DNA of 64,000 bases from an uncultured Gammaproteobacteria bacterium (GCA_964625535.1 CAZVEX010000001.1:64295-128294); one strand, 5' to 3'; positions 1 through 9,318 are shown, numbered from the stretch's first letter. Made by a program: numbers and translations. Notes: generated by a model from the letters alone, not told the origin.

Positions 1-1
1 A

Positions 2-538
2 GAAGCAACGTTTTTCTTAAAACAAAGAAAAGTTATTGTAGCCTTTGCGCTAATAGTTCTGGGCTTAATTTTTACTCCGATGCGATTAAAAGTTCCATTA
101 TTTTTCTTATGGACAATTTTTTTGGGGGGATTGTATATGAAATTATACCTGCCAAATACCAGAGAATATTCTGTTAATCAGGGAGAATTGGATGCTTTAA
201 TACGTCTAAAGTTAATGGATGGGAAAAAGATTGTGGTAATGAATAATGTTTGCCTGCAATGCTCCTGGCATACAAGAGTGATGCCAGCTGTTTTTGCCAA
301 TAAGAGAGATTATGTGAAAAAGATAACCGGAAAGGAAATAGTTTATAATCTTGATGTGTTTAATGCTAAAACAAGAGAAGAGGGGAGAAGTAACCTAAAA
401 AGTCTAAATGCCGATTATATTTATGTTGTGCGGTTTGAAGACTATGTGGAAAAAACACCCTTTTCTCCGGGAGACTTAAATATAGAAGAAATATACTCAA
501 ATGCTAATGCAGAAATTTGGAGGATAAGGAAAAATTGA
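2..538 (+). CDS. C-terminal part of a membrane protein (GT-C-like, truncated by window start)
   Basis: Frame is open from base 2 (EATFFLKQRKVIVAFALIVLG...). Hydrophobic helices are followed by a soluble tail (LKSLNADYIYV...IYSNANAEIWRI) resembling the tails of other membrane proteins in the locus. Confidence 0.6.
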   Translation, partial: EATFFLKQRKVIVAFALIVLGLIFTPMRLKVPLFFLWTIFLGGLYMKLYLPNTREYSVNQGELDALIRLKLMDGKKIVVMNNVCLQCSWHTRVMPAVFANKRDYVKKITGKEIVYNLDVFNAKTREEGRSNLKSLNADYIYVVRFEDYVEKTPFSPGDLNIEEIYSNANAEIWRIRKN

Positions 539-1644
539 ATATCTTAATCTTTTCATGGAGAGGTCCGGGGCATCCCAATGTGGGAGGAGCAGAAAGCTCC
601 ACTCATGAACATGCCAAAGGTTGGGTTAGAGCTGGACATAATGTCACTCTTTTTACCTCCCATTACCAAGGTGCAAGGCGGGAAGAAAATGTAGACGGAG
701 TGACTATCTTAAGAGCCGGATCTCAAGTAATGGGGGTTCAGATTGAGGCATTAAAATGGTATCTTTTTTCATCCCACCGGAAATTTGATTTGGTAATAGA
801 TCAATTTCATGGTATACCCTTTTTTACACCCTTTTTTGTACGGGTTAAAAAATTAGCTTTTATTCATGAAGTGACAAAGGAAATATGGAAACTTAATCCC
901 TGGCCAAAACCCTGGTACTTTATTCCTGCCATCTTCGGAAGCTTATTGGAGCCTTTGATTTTTAGGTTTTTTTATAGCCGCATGCCCTTTATGACGGTTT
1001 CAGAATCTACCAAGAAAGATTTAATGTCCTGGGGGATTCCTGCAGAGAATGTGAAAATGATTCATAATGGGATAACAGTTCCCCATATAAAGATTCCTGC
1101 CAAGGAAAATAAAAAAACCTTAATTTATTTAGGAAGCTTAAGTAAAGATAAAGGGACAGAAGATGCATTGAAGGTTTTTTCTCTGCTAAAGAAAGAAGAC
1201 TTTCAGTTTTGGGTAGTGGGAAAATCAGATCCCCGATATTTAAAATTCTTAAAAAAGATGAGTCAAAAATTGGGAATTGATAAAAGAGTGAAGTTTTTTG
1301 GATTTGTTCCGGAGGTGAGAAAATATGAGTTGTTGGCCAGGGCACATCTTTTGATTAATCCTTCTATTCGGGAAGGATGGGGACTGGTGGTGATTGAGGC
1401 AGCCAGAATGGGGACTCCGACTGTTGCCTATAATGTGGCGGGTTTAAAAGATTCAGTAGTAGATGGAAAAACTGGCATTCTCTGTCAGCATAATTCTGTT
1501 TCAAATTTGGCAGAGGAAATTTTAAAGCTACTGGACAATGAAGAAAAATTGCAGGGGATGAGCAAACAGGCAATTGCCTGGAGTAAAAAATTTAGATGGC
1601 ATGAATCAGTAGCGAGGAGCCTTAAGTTGATTGACAAAGTGTAG
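535..1644 (+). CDS. Glycosyltransferase family 4 (GT-B)
   Basis: N-terminal HPNVGGAE and C-terminal PSIREGWGLVVIEAARMGTP (EX7E) motif. TTG start at 535 overlaps the upstream TGA, with GGAGG upstream. Confidence 0.9.
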   Translation: MNILIFSWRGPGHPNVGGAESSTHEHAKGWVRAGHNVTLFTSHYQGARREENVDGVTILRAGSQVMGVQIEALKWYLFSSHRKFDLVIDQFHGIPFFTPFFVRVKKLAFIHEVTKEIWKLNPWPKPWYFIPAIFGSLLEPLIFRFFYSRMPFMTVSESTKKDLMSWGIPAENVKMIHNGITVPHIKIPAKENKKTLIYLGSLSKDKGTEDALKVFSLLKKEDFQFWVVGKSDPRYLKFLKKMSQKLGIDKRVKFFGFVPEVRKYELLARAHLLINPSIREGWGLVVIEAARMGTPTVAYNVAGLKDSVVDGKTGILCQHNSVSNLAEEILKLLDNEEKLQGMSKQAIAWSKKFRWHESVARSLKLIDKV

Positions 1645-1660
1645 GCATCTTTGCTATAAA
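1631..1660 (+). promoter_or_regulatory. Sigma70-type promoter for the 1669 gene
   Basis: TTGACA (1631-1636), 18 nt spacer, TGc-TATAAA (1655-1660); ATG 8 nt downstream. Confidence 0.6.
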
Positions 1661-1668
1661 ATTACTTT

Positions 1669-2700
1669 ATGCCGCAAGATTATAATTTAAAGGGTAAGAG
1701 AATTTTAATTACCGGGGGCGCTTCTTTTATCGGGTCACACCTGATTGATCATCTTTTGCATAAAAAACCAAAAAGCATTAGGGTGGTCGATGATCTCTCG
1801 GCCGGTAAACAAGAAAATATTGCCGAACACATTAGATCCAAAGCCGTGGAATTTATTTTTGGCGATTTAAGAAAACAATCGGTGACCAGAAAAGCCGTCA
1901 AGAATATTGATTTAATTTTTCATTTGGCAGCGGATCATGGAGGAAGGGGATATGTTGATCTTCACCAATCGGGTCCGGCTTCCAATAATTTTTTATCCGG
2001 TTTAATATTTTGGGAAGCTCTAAATGCGGGAGCGGAGAAAATAGTTTATGCCTCATCAGGTTGCGTTTACCCTAATTACATCCAGAAAGATCCCAAAAAG
2101 ATGCTTTATTTAACCGAGGATATGGTGGGTCCGCCGTTTGATCCGGATAATGAGTACGGTTGGGAAAAGTTAACCAGCGAAAGAGTTCTTCGAGCATATT
2201 GCAAAGAAAGAGGTTTAAGAGCTGCCTCGTGTCGTTACTTTACTGTCTATGGTCCTAAAGGCAAGGAAGATCATGCGGTGATTGCCTTTATTGCCCGGGC
2301 CTTTATCGGCCAGAACCCTTTTGAGGTTTGGGGTAATGGTAAACAGGTTAGAAACTGGACATATGTTTCCGATATTGCCGAAGGAACAATTTTGGCGGCC
2401 GAAAAAATTCATGATGGTAGCGGCATCAATTTGGGGACCATGGAAAGGGTGACGGTGTTGGAGGCGGTTCAAGAAGTTCTAAGGTACACCGGGCATAAAG
2501 CCAAGATTAAACTGCTGAAAAATATGCCCACCGGACCAATGAATAGGGTGGCAGATAATAGCTTGGCCAAAAAACTTTTGGGTTGGGAGCCAAAAGTTAA
2601 ATTTCAAGAGGGACTGCATAAAACCATTGACTGGTACTTTGCCAATAAAACCAGAGAAGAAGTTAGCAAAAAGTTTGCACAAAAGCTAACGGAGAGATGA
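1669..2700 (+). CDS. NAD-dependent nucleotide-sugar epimerase/dehydratase (GDP-mannose 3,5-epimerase-like extended SDR)
   Basis: TGGASFIG, HLAADHGGRGY, ASSGCVYP and YGWEK motifs. Confidence 0.85.
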   Translation: MPQDYNLKGKRILITGGASFIGSHLIDHLLHKKPKSIRVVDDLSAGKQENIAEHIRSKAVEFIFGDLRKQSVTRKAVKNIDLIFHLAADHGGRGYVDLHQSGPASNNFLSGLIFWEALNAGAEKIVYASSGCVYPNYIQKDPKKMLYLTEDMVGPPFDPDNEYGWEKLTSERVLRAYCKERGLRAASCRYFTVYGPKGKEDHAVIAFIARAFIGQNPFEVWGNGKQVRNWTYVSDIAEGTILAAEKIHDGSGINLGTMERVTVLEAVQEVLRYTGHKAKIKLLKNMPTGPMNRVADNSLAKKLLGWEPKVKFQEGLHKTIDWYFANKTREEVSKKFAQKLTER

Positions 2701-3405
2701 GTATTCGGGCAAGTTGGAAAAATAAACTTTCCCGATAGCTTTTAAAACATTAATTCCATCCTGTAGTGCTCTTATACCTGAAGTTCCTCCTAGTCTTTTA
2801 GTGTAGGTAATTGGTAGTTGGACTAAATTCATGCCCATTCTGCAAGCTTTGGTGACAGTTTCGGCTTCGTATTCAAAATGTCTTTCTTTTAAATCAAGGG
2901 CCAAGAAAGCATTTTTCTTAAATCCTTTGAAACCGGCCATCACATCGGTAATCTTGCGGCCGCAGGCCACAGAGGTAGCAGCGGACATCACCCAGTTACC
3001 GAAGTAGTTTCGAAAACTGACAGAACCTTTTTCAATTTTACCTCCACCAAATCTGGTACCGATTACCACATCCGCTCCTTTATCTAGTGCCTCTACAAAA
3101 ACGGGAATTTCGTTGGGCTGGAATTGATGGTCAGTGTCAATTTGGATAATATAATCACCGCTTGCCAAAAGCCCCCCTGCCCAAAAATCAGCCCCTTTGC
3201 CTCTTTTAAAGGGAAAACGCAAAATTCTATCTACCTTCATTCTTTTGGCAATCTCGATGGTTTTGTCCTTGGAGGCGGCATCTACTACAATAATCTCTAT
3301 GGGAAAAAATTTCTTTAAGGCCTTGCAATCTTTAATGGTTCTGCCAATATTTTTTTCCTCGTTATAGGAGGTAAGAATAATGCTAACCAATTTTTTCTTT
3401 TTCAT
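2686..3405 (-). CDS. GT2 glycosyltransferase, polyprenol-phosphate sugar synthase (DPM1-like)
   Basis: SYNEE, VVDAASKDKT, GKG, DTDHQF, VIGTRF, ITDVMAGFK and FEYEAE motifs; 239 aa with no TM tail. Confidence 0.85.
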   Translation of the reverse strand: MKKKKLVSIILTSYNEEKNIGRTIKDCKALKKFFPIEIIVVDAASKDKTIEIAKRMKVDRILRFPFKRGKGADFWAGGLLASGDYIIQIDTDHQFQPNEIPVFVEALDKGADVVIGTRFGGGKIEKGSVSFRNYFGNWVMSAATSVACGRKITDVMAGFKGFKKNAFLALDLKERHFEYEAETVTKACRMGMNLVQLPITYTKRLGGTSGIRALQDGINVLKAIGKVYFSNLPEYSSLR

Positions 3406-3424
3406 AACAATTTTGGCAGAGTCT

Positions 3425-3453
3425 AGCTTATCTTATAGCCTTGCCTCTGTCAA
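3425..3453 (-). promoter_or_regulatory. Sigma70-type promoter for the minus-strand GT2
   Basis: Minus-strand TTGACA (3453-3448), 17 nt spacer, TAAGCT (3430-3425). Confidence 0.55.
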
Positions 3454-3471
3454 TATTTGAAAATTTTATTC

Positions 3472-3495
3472 TATGAGATTATATATGAGATTATA
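3472..3495. repeat. Perfect 12-bp tandem duplication (TATGAGATTATA x2)
   Basis: Read directly: 3472-3483 and 3484-3495. Confidence 0.9.
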
Positions 3496-3608
3496 ATAGT
3501 TGGTTACGAGAGAGCGAAGAGATTTAGATTAATAACAGCTTTATCGGCAGTTCACGATTTTGAGGAAGCGCTTGATCGTGTAAGTTTTGCCTACAAAAAT
3601 TTAGCTAA

Positions 3609-3630
3609 TTAGATTTAGTTTAGATTTAGT
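3609..3630. repeat. Perfect 11-bp tandem duplication (TTAGATTTAGT x2)
   Basis: Read directly: 3609-3619 and 3620-3630. Confidence 0.85.
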
Positions 3631-3673
3631 TGTTGATTTCTAACAGAATTTTATAGTAGGATCATTTAGTTTT

Positions 3674-5002
3674 ATGGATGATAAAAAAATTGCTATTTTT
3701 GGGGTAGGAAGAGTGGGACTTCCTTTAGCTTTGGTTTTGGCAGATAAAGGATTTGCTGTTACAGGTATTGATGTTGATCCTTACAGAATAAATCTGTTAC
3801 AACATAAAATAATGCCCTTTTTGGAAGAGGGCGCAGAGCCGCTTCTAGAAAAACACGCGGGGGGAAATTTTCAAGTTTTTTCGGAGGAACATATTGATAG
3901 GATAGTAGCCGAAAATGCGGTCATTATTTTTACTTTAGGTACGCCGATTGACGATACATACAGTCCCAATTTTTCCGACATTGAAACATTAATCAGAAGA
4001 ATTGCGCCGGTTATCAAATCCGGACATACTATTATTTTGCGAAGTACGGTTTCTCCCGGCGCCACAGCGCAGCTGGCCAGACAACTGGAAGAACAAACAA
4101 AACTAATTTTGGGTAAGACCTTATTTTTAGCGTATTGTCCCGAGCGGATTGCAGAAGGCAAGTCTGTAGAAGAATTGGGTCAAATACCGCAAATTATTGG
4201 CAGTTTGGAAGAGGCAAGCGCCAAAAAAGCGGCAAATATTTTTGAAAAGATTGCCCCCAAAATTTTATTTACCAACACCAGATCTGCAGAACTGGCCAAG
4301 TTATTTTGCAATATGTACCGCTACATAGATTTTGCTATAGGCAATGAATTTATGATGATTGCGGAAAGTTACGGATGCGATATTTACGAGGTTTTAAATT
4401 TAGTCAATCGTGATTATAAAAGGGCAGGGTTAAAATCACCGGGGTTAACAGCTGGTCCCTGTCTGGTGAAAGACGGTTTCTTTTTGATAGATAAAAGTCC
4501 TTACATGGAATTGGTGACAGCGGCGTGGAGATTAAACGAGAATATTCCCGGGTATCTACTATCCAGAATAAAGGAACAAGTTGGGGATTTAACTAAAAAA
4601 AAGGTGGCCATTTTGGGACTGGCTTTTAAGAAAAACATAGATGATACCCGCTATTCGCTATCCCCAAAACTGCAAAGATATTTTCTGGCAGAGGGTGCCC
4701 AAGTTTCTACCCATGATCCTTTTATTGATTCCCAGCCGATTGAGGATGCTCTGTTAGGCGCTCAAGTTTTAATTATTGGAGTAAATCACGATGTGTTTAA
4801 AAATATAACTTTTGAATATCTTGCAAAGTTTATCTCTGCCGACTGTATTATTGCCGACATCTGGAATCTTTTTGCAACCGGCAAGATCCTTTTTTCTTTT
4901 AAGGATGTTTTAAAAAAGAGCAAGAGCGAAATCAAACCCAACGGAGAGATGAAAGCCTATGAAAAAAACAAGCGCTTGGAACGGAGAAGAGTATCGGCGT
5001 GA
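3674..5002 (+). CDS. Nucleotide-sugar 6-dehydrogenase (UDP-GlcNAc/ManNAc dehydrogenase, WecC/WbpA-like)
   Basis: GVGRVGLP, ILRSTVSPG, YCPERIAEG, AELAKL, catalytic GPCLVKD and LGLAFKKNIDDTR motifs. Confidence 0.9.
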   Translation: MDDKKIAIFGVGRVGLPLALVLADKGFAVTGIDVDPYRINLLQHKIMPFLEEGAEPLLEKHAGGNFQVFSEEHIDRIVAENAVIIFTLGTPIDDTYSPNFSDIETLIRRIAPVIKSGHTIILRSTVSPGATAQLARQLEEQTKLILGKTLFLAYCPERIAEGKSVEELGQIPQIIGSLEEASAKKAANIFEKIAPKILFTNTRSAELAKLFCNMYRYIDFAIGNEFMMIAESYGCDIYEVLNLVNRDYKRAGLKSPGLTAGPCLVKDGFFLIDKSPYMELVTAAWRLNENIPGYLLSRIKEQVGDLTKKKVAILGLAFKKNIDDTRYSLSPKLQRYFLAEGAQVSTHDPFIDSQPIEDALLGAQVLIIGVNHDVFKNITFEYLAKFISADCIIADIWNLFATGKILFSFKDVLKKSKSEIKPNGEMKAYEKNKRLERRRVSA

Positions 5003-5952
5003 AAACAAAAGTGCTAGTCACAGGTGGAGCGGGATTTATTGGTAGTGAGGTAGTTCGGCAATTGTTTGAAAAAGGTTATAAAGTCAGAGTGGCAGATGAT
5101 TTATCCAAATTAGAAGCTAAAATCCCTAAAGGTAGCGAGTTTTTAAGAGTGGATTTGACTAATAAAAAGGCGGCAGCGCGCGCCATGGATGGGGTGGATT
5201 ATTGCATACATCTGGCTGCCAAAATTGGAGGAATAGGATATTTTCATAAATACCCGGCCACAATTTTATCCGAAAATAATAAAATGTATTCCTCTGTTTT
5301 CGAGGCGGCGGTTCTGAAAAAGATTAAGCGCATAGTTTACCTTTCTTCTTCTATGGTTTTTGAATCAACAGATAAATTTCCGAGCAGAGAGCAGGATTTA
5401 GGGGAAATCCCACCCCCGGTTTCGGCTTACGGATTTTCCAAACTGGCAGGAGAATGGTATTGCCGGGCGTTTCATGACGAGTTCGGCTTAAACTATACAA
5501 TCATCAGGCCCTTTAATGCTTACGGTATCAATGAAGCTCCGGGTGATGAAGTTGGATACGCGCATGTTATTCCGGATTTAATAAAAAAGATTTTATCCGG
5601 TCAATACCCCCTTGAGCTTTTGGGAAACGGTAAACAAACCAGGTGTTTTACTCATGTTTCTGATATAGCAAGAGGAATTATCTTGGCCATGGAATCTAAA
5701 AAAGCGGAGAACGAGGATTTCAATATTGGTTCCGAAAAAGAAATGACAATGCTTCAACTGGCAAAACTACTTTGGGAAAAATGCCAGGTAAAAAAACCTT
5801 TCAAAGCAAAATTTGTTACCGGTTTTAAATATGACATAAAGAAAAGAGTGCCTTTATCAAAAAAAGCAAGGAAAGTTTTAGGTTGGAAGCAGGAGAAGAA
5901 ATTAACGGAAGAATTGCCAAAAGTGATAGAATGGGTGAGAGGTCAAATATGA
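4999..5952 (+). CDS. NAD-dependent epimerase/dehydratase
   Basis: TGGAGFIG, HLAA, YGFSK, RPFNAYG and QTRCFTHVSD motifs; GTGA overlap with the upstream gene. Confidence 0.9.
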   Translation: MKTKVLVTGGAGFIGSEVVRQLFEKGYKVRVADDLSKLEAKIPKGSEFLRVDLTNKKAAARAMDGVDYCIHLAAKIGGIGYFHKYPATILSENNKMYSSVFEAAVLKKIKRIVYLSSSMVFESTDKFPSREQDLGEIPPPVSAYGFSKLAGEWYCRAFHDEFGLNYTIIRPFNAYGINEAPGDEVGYAHVIPDLIKKILSGQYPLELLGNGKQTRCFTHVSDIARGIILAMESKKAENEDFNIGSEKEMTMLQLAKLLWEKCQVKKPFKAKFVTGFKYDIKKRVPLSKKARKVLGWKQEKKLTEELPKVIEWVRGQI

Positions 5953-6431
5953 TTTTTAAAATAATAGTCTTATCTCTTATTATTTCCCTTGTTATGAGCG
6001 GTACCGCTTATGCAACAGAGGAGTTAAATCTGCCGGATACCAAAATTACTCCCGGATCGTTTTATTATCCCTTTAAAAGGATATGGGAAAAGGGTTGGGA
6101 AAAACTGCAGTTTAGCAGTGCCTCGAAAATTGCATTTTATAATTCGCAACTGAAGACAAGGCTTTCCGAGCTAAATTATGTTGTAGAGAAAAAACTTTTA
6201 TCCGAAGTGCAGAGATCAACTGAAAGATTTGCCTATCAGGCGGGAATTTTGACAGAAGAGACAATCAAGCAAAACAAGGCTGTTGATAAAGAAAATTTAA
6301 TCAAGGAATTTGAAAAGTTTAAACCATTTTTAGATAGTCTGCGGGATAAATATGAAGCAAATTCCAGTTTTTGGATGCTGATCCAGCATGATATTAATAC
6401 TTTAGGAATACTTTCAGAAAAGCTTAAATAA
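5949..6431 (+). CDS. Secreted helical protein, DUF5667-like
   Basis: ATGA-coupled start MIFKIIVLSLIISLVMSGTAYA (signal peptide), then ITPGSFYYPFKRIWEK...KTRLSE. Confidence 0.6.
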   Translation: MIFKIIVLSLIISLVMSGTAYATEELNLPDTKITPGSFYYPFKRIWEKGWEKLQFSSASKIAFYNSQLKTRLSELNYVVEKKLLSEVQRSTERFAYQAGILTEETIKQNKAVDKENLIKEFEKFKPFLDSLRDKYEANSSFWMLIQHDINTLGILSEKLK

Positions 6432-6434
6432 CTT

Positions 6435-7142
6435 CTATCTAATAAATCTTTCTCGCCCAATTGGTCCAAGAAGTAAACTACCGCTATCTCTTGCCGTCAA
6501 ATAAGCAAATAATTGATCAAAAGTTGCTAATTTGTCTGTAGGGTCAGCAGTTTCTTGGTAGCTTAAAACTCTTTCTCGTTCGGCTTTTATATGCTGGTAG
6601 TGAGGTAGTAATTCAATGCTTTGGCTTCCATAAACTGGCTCATGCCATGCGGTAGAACTAGGAGCTGCATTATATACTCTCATCATATATCCTTTCTGCT
6701 TCATAACTTCCACCATTCCTAACATAAATCTCACTAATCTCTGGGGTTGCCCTAAATTAACAGCTGTCACTAACCCTAATTCCTTACATAACTCTAAAAA
6801 GGCATCATTTTCTTGTCGAGTATGAAATGCTTCCTTTCCATGAATAATGCAATTTTTTGGAATGTGTTGTTGTATTAAGTTGTCCATGCAGTCATTTATT
6901 CCCGGATTTGCCTCGCCAGGAATACTTCCCCCAAATCTTCTGCCATCATTATTTGTTATGGCAACTAATCTGACCAATCCTGCATGAAACAATTCCCCAG
7001 CTAATGAATAAAGTCCTGAATAATTTCTATGGGCATGATTGTAAAAAAGCATTACATCAACCTCTTCTGTAGGCCGGTCACTTAAAAGCATTGTTCTTGC
7101 ATCATCAAGCTGTTGGTATTTGTTTAAATTTTCTGTATGCAT
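6435..7142 (-). CDS. Hypothetical protein, possibly YdcF/DUF218-like
   Basis: 235-aa ORF with its own promoter; the IPKNCII-HTRQENDAFLELCKELG segment resembles the DUF218 core. Confidence 0.5.
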   Translation of the reverse strand: MHTENLNKYQQLDDARTMLLSDRPTEEVDVMLFYNHAHRNYSGLYSLAGELFHAGLVRLVAITNNDGRRFGGSIPGEANPGINDCMDNLIQQHIPKNCIIHGKEAFHTRQENDAFLELCKELGLVTAVNLGQPQRLVRFMLGMVEVMKQKGYMMRVYNAAPSSTAWHEPVYGSQSIELLPHYQHIKAERERVLSYQETADPTDKLATFDQLFAYLTARDSGSLLLGPIGRERFIR

Positions 7143-7150
7143 GATGATTA

Positions 7151-7211
7151 ATTATATCGCTATAGGATTTTAGTTTCAACTATTGAAATAGCGATTATCT
7201 CAAAGTAGAAT
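7151..7211. promoter_or_regulatory. Back-to-back divergent sigma70 promoters
   Basis: Minus strand: TTGAAA (7179-7174)-17-TATAAT (7156-7151). Plus strand: TTGAAA (7183-7188)-17-TAGAAT (7206-7211). Confidence 0.7.
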
Positions 7212-8459
7212 ATGCCAGTGAATAAAAAAGAGGTTATTAAGCTAGAAGTTTGCCGGGTGTGTGAAAGTAGAAATTTATTATTATTTCTTCAACTCGGGCC
7301 TACCCCTGTACCAAATGGATTTTTAAAAGCCCATCACCGTCACCGTGCAGAAAAATTCTATCCTCTGGATGTTTGTTTTTGCAAAAACTGCGGATTGGTA
7401 CAGTTGGCCCATGTAGTATCCCCTAAAGTTATGTTTAAAAATTATGTCTATATTCCTTCAACTTCCGAGACCATGCTTACTCATTTTGCTGCTTTAGCAA
7501 GGCAAGCAATTAAAAAATTAAATACTGAAGAGGGGGATCTGGTTTTGGATATCGGTTCAAACGATGGCACGCTTCTTAATTCCTTTAAAGCGCAAAAAAT
7601 GAGGATATTGGGGGTTGATCCTGCAGAGAACTTGGCCAAAAAAGCTAATCAGGACGGAGTTCAAACTATTTGCGCATTATTTACTAAAGAACTGGCTAAA
7701 GAAATACGTAAAAAAAATAAAGAAGCTAAAATTATTACTGCTACGAATGTGGTAGCTCATGTACATGATTTGGATAATTTCCTGGAAGGAATAAAAATTT
7801 TACTTTCAGATGATGGATTATTTATAAGTGAATTTCCCTATCTTCTAGATCTTCTTGAAAAGGTTGAGTTCGATACCATTTACCAGGAACATCTATCATA
7901 CTTTTCAATTTATCCCTTTGAAAAACTTCTTGTAAAACATGGCCTAACTTTAATTGATGTGCAAAGGGTTCCTGTCCATGGTGGTTCGGTGAGAGTATTT
8001 GTTAGCAAAAAACCCAGCAGTGTTAGCAGAAGAGTTAAAAAAATATTGCAACTTGAGAAAAAACGAGAGATCTTAAGTTCCCAGACATATTTAAAATTTA
8101 GGAAACAAGTGGATAGGGTAAGGCATGAATTAGTACAGCTTCTTTGGGGTCTGCGACTAAAAAATAAAAAGATTGTGGGTTACGGGGCATCCGCCAAAGG
8201 AAATATCATACTAAATTATTGCCGGATTGGTCCGGAAACGCTGGATTATATAGTGGACTCCATACCGTACAAGCAGGGAAAATATACCCCGGGGATGCAT
8301 ATTCCAATATATCCGGAGGCCAAGTTGTTGGAAGATATGCCGGATTATACGCTGCTTTTGGCATGGAATTTTGCAGACGAGATTATCAAAAAACAAGCCG
8401 AGTATCGCAAAAAGGGGGGAAAATTTATTCTGGCTATTCCAAAACTCGCAATTGTTTAG
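7212..8459 (+). CDS. NDP-hexose C-methyltransferase (class I SAM, Zn-binding N-terminus)
   Basis: CRVC...CKNCGLVQ, DIGSNDG, IYQEH, VHGGS, YGASAKG and LLAWNF motifs. The true start may be the in-frame GTG at 7218. Confidence 0.9.
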   Translation: MPVNKKEVIKLEVCRVCESRNLLLFLQLGPTPVPNGFLKAHHRHRAEKFYPLDVCFCKNCGLVQLAHVVSPKVMFKNYVYIPSTSETMLTHFAALARQAIKKLNTEEGDLVLDIGSNDGTLLNSFKAQKMRILGVDPAENLAKKANQDGVQTICALFTKELAKEIRKKNKEAKIITATNVVAHVHDLDNFLEGIKILLSDDGLFISEFPYLLDLLEKVEFDTIYQEHLSYFSIYPFEKLLVKHGLTLIDVQRVPVHGGSVRVFVSKKPSSVSRRVKKILQLEKKREILSSQTYLKFRKQVDRVRHELVQLLWGLRLKNKKIVGYGASAKGNIILNYCRIGPETLDYIVDSIPYKQGKYTPGMHIPIYPEAKLLEDMPDYTLLLAWNFADEIIKKQAEYRKKGGKFILAIPKLAIV

Positions 8460-9318
8460 CCAGAATTTCAACAGTTTCCTCCCATTTTAAAAATTTTAAA
8501 TTAAGTATTTTTTGCGTTTTTTCCACTTTAAGTCCGCCGTATTGAGGGTATCTAATAGGACTATCTTTTAGAAAACCTTCAATGCTAATTGGTTTTACAG
8601 CATTTTTAATGCCTCTTGCTTTTTCTATTAGATAATTTGCTAATTTATAGGGAGTGAAAATATTAACGCTGGAAGTATGAAAAATTCCGGTTGATCTTTT
8701 TGCCAAAAGAGCTTTCAAAGTTTCCGTAACCTCATTAATATAAGTGAGTGTTAAATACTGATCGTTAAACATAGGATAAAGTTTTCCCGTATCGTAAAGC
8801 TTAAGAATTTTGCGGACATAATCCATTTTTGGGGCATATTTGGCTCTTGAGGGATTGGAAATTCGCAAAATTGAGGCATTTTTTAAATTATTCATGACCA
8901 GTTTTTCCGCTTCTTTTTTAGTCCAGCCATACCATGATAGAAAATCGGGGTTTTCTTCCGGTGAATCGTCTTCTGAATATGGTCCCGGATTTTCCTTTCT
9001 TCCGGAAAAAACTACATCTGTAGAAATAGAAATAAAATAAGTATCGGGATGTACTGCTCGAATCAGATTAGCGGTTCCTTCTACATTTACGATCCAACAG
9101 GGAGCATTTTTGTTGTTCCGTTGCTCCTCCGCCGCTGTTACATCCGTAAAAGCGGCAAAATGGATGATCACTTCCGGGGTATGCAATTTGAAAAAAATTT
9201 CTATTGATTTTTTATCGGTAATATCTAATTCGTTTACGGTGGGAGATAAGACATCTGGATAATTCTCAATGAAATGAGAACCAACTAAACCATTGCCGCC
9301 GGTGACTAATATTTTCAT
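8434..9318 (-). CDS. dTDP-4-dehydrorhamnose reductase-like (RmlD family)
   Basis: TGGNGLVG, LDITD, AAFTDVTAAE, ISTDVVFSG and YGWTK motifs. Confidence 0.85.
   Translation of the reverse strand: MKILVTGGNGLVGSHFIENYPDVLSPTVNELDITDKKSIEIFFKLHTPEVIIHFAAFTDVTAAEEQRNNKNAPCWIVNVEGTANLIRAVHPDTYFISISTDVVFSGRKENPGPYSEDDSPEENPDFLSWYGWTKKEAEKLVMNNLKNASILRISNPSRAKYAPKMDYVRKILKLYDTGKLYPMFNDQYLTLTYINEVTETLKALLAKRSTGIFHTSSVNIFTPYKLANYLIEKARGIKNAVKPISIEGFLKDSPIRYPQYGGLKVEKTQKILNLKFLKWEETVEILAKQLRVLE

Noticed and set aside
3413-3453. Inverted repeat TTGGCAGAG...CTCTGTCAA as a terminator
   Set aside because: It sits between divergent gene starts, has a long loop and no U-tract, and overlaps a good minus-strand promoter.
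3550-3582. HDFEEALDRV in the small ORF resembles the FtsH/AAA lid motif
   Set aside because: The match is too short and has no flanking AAA motifs, so it is probably coincidental.
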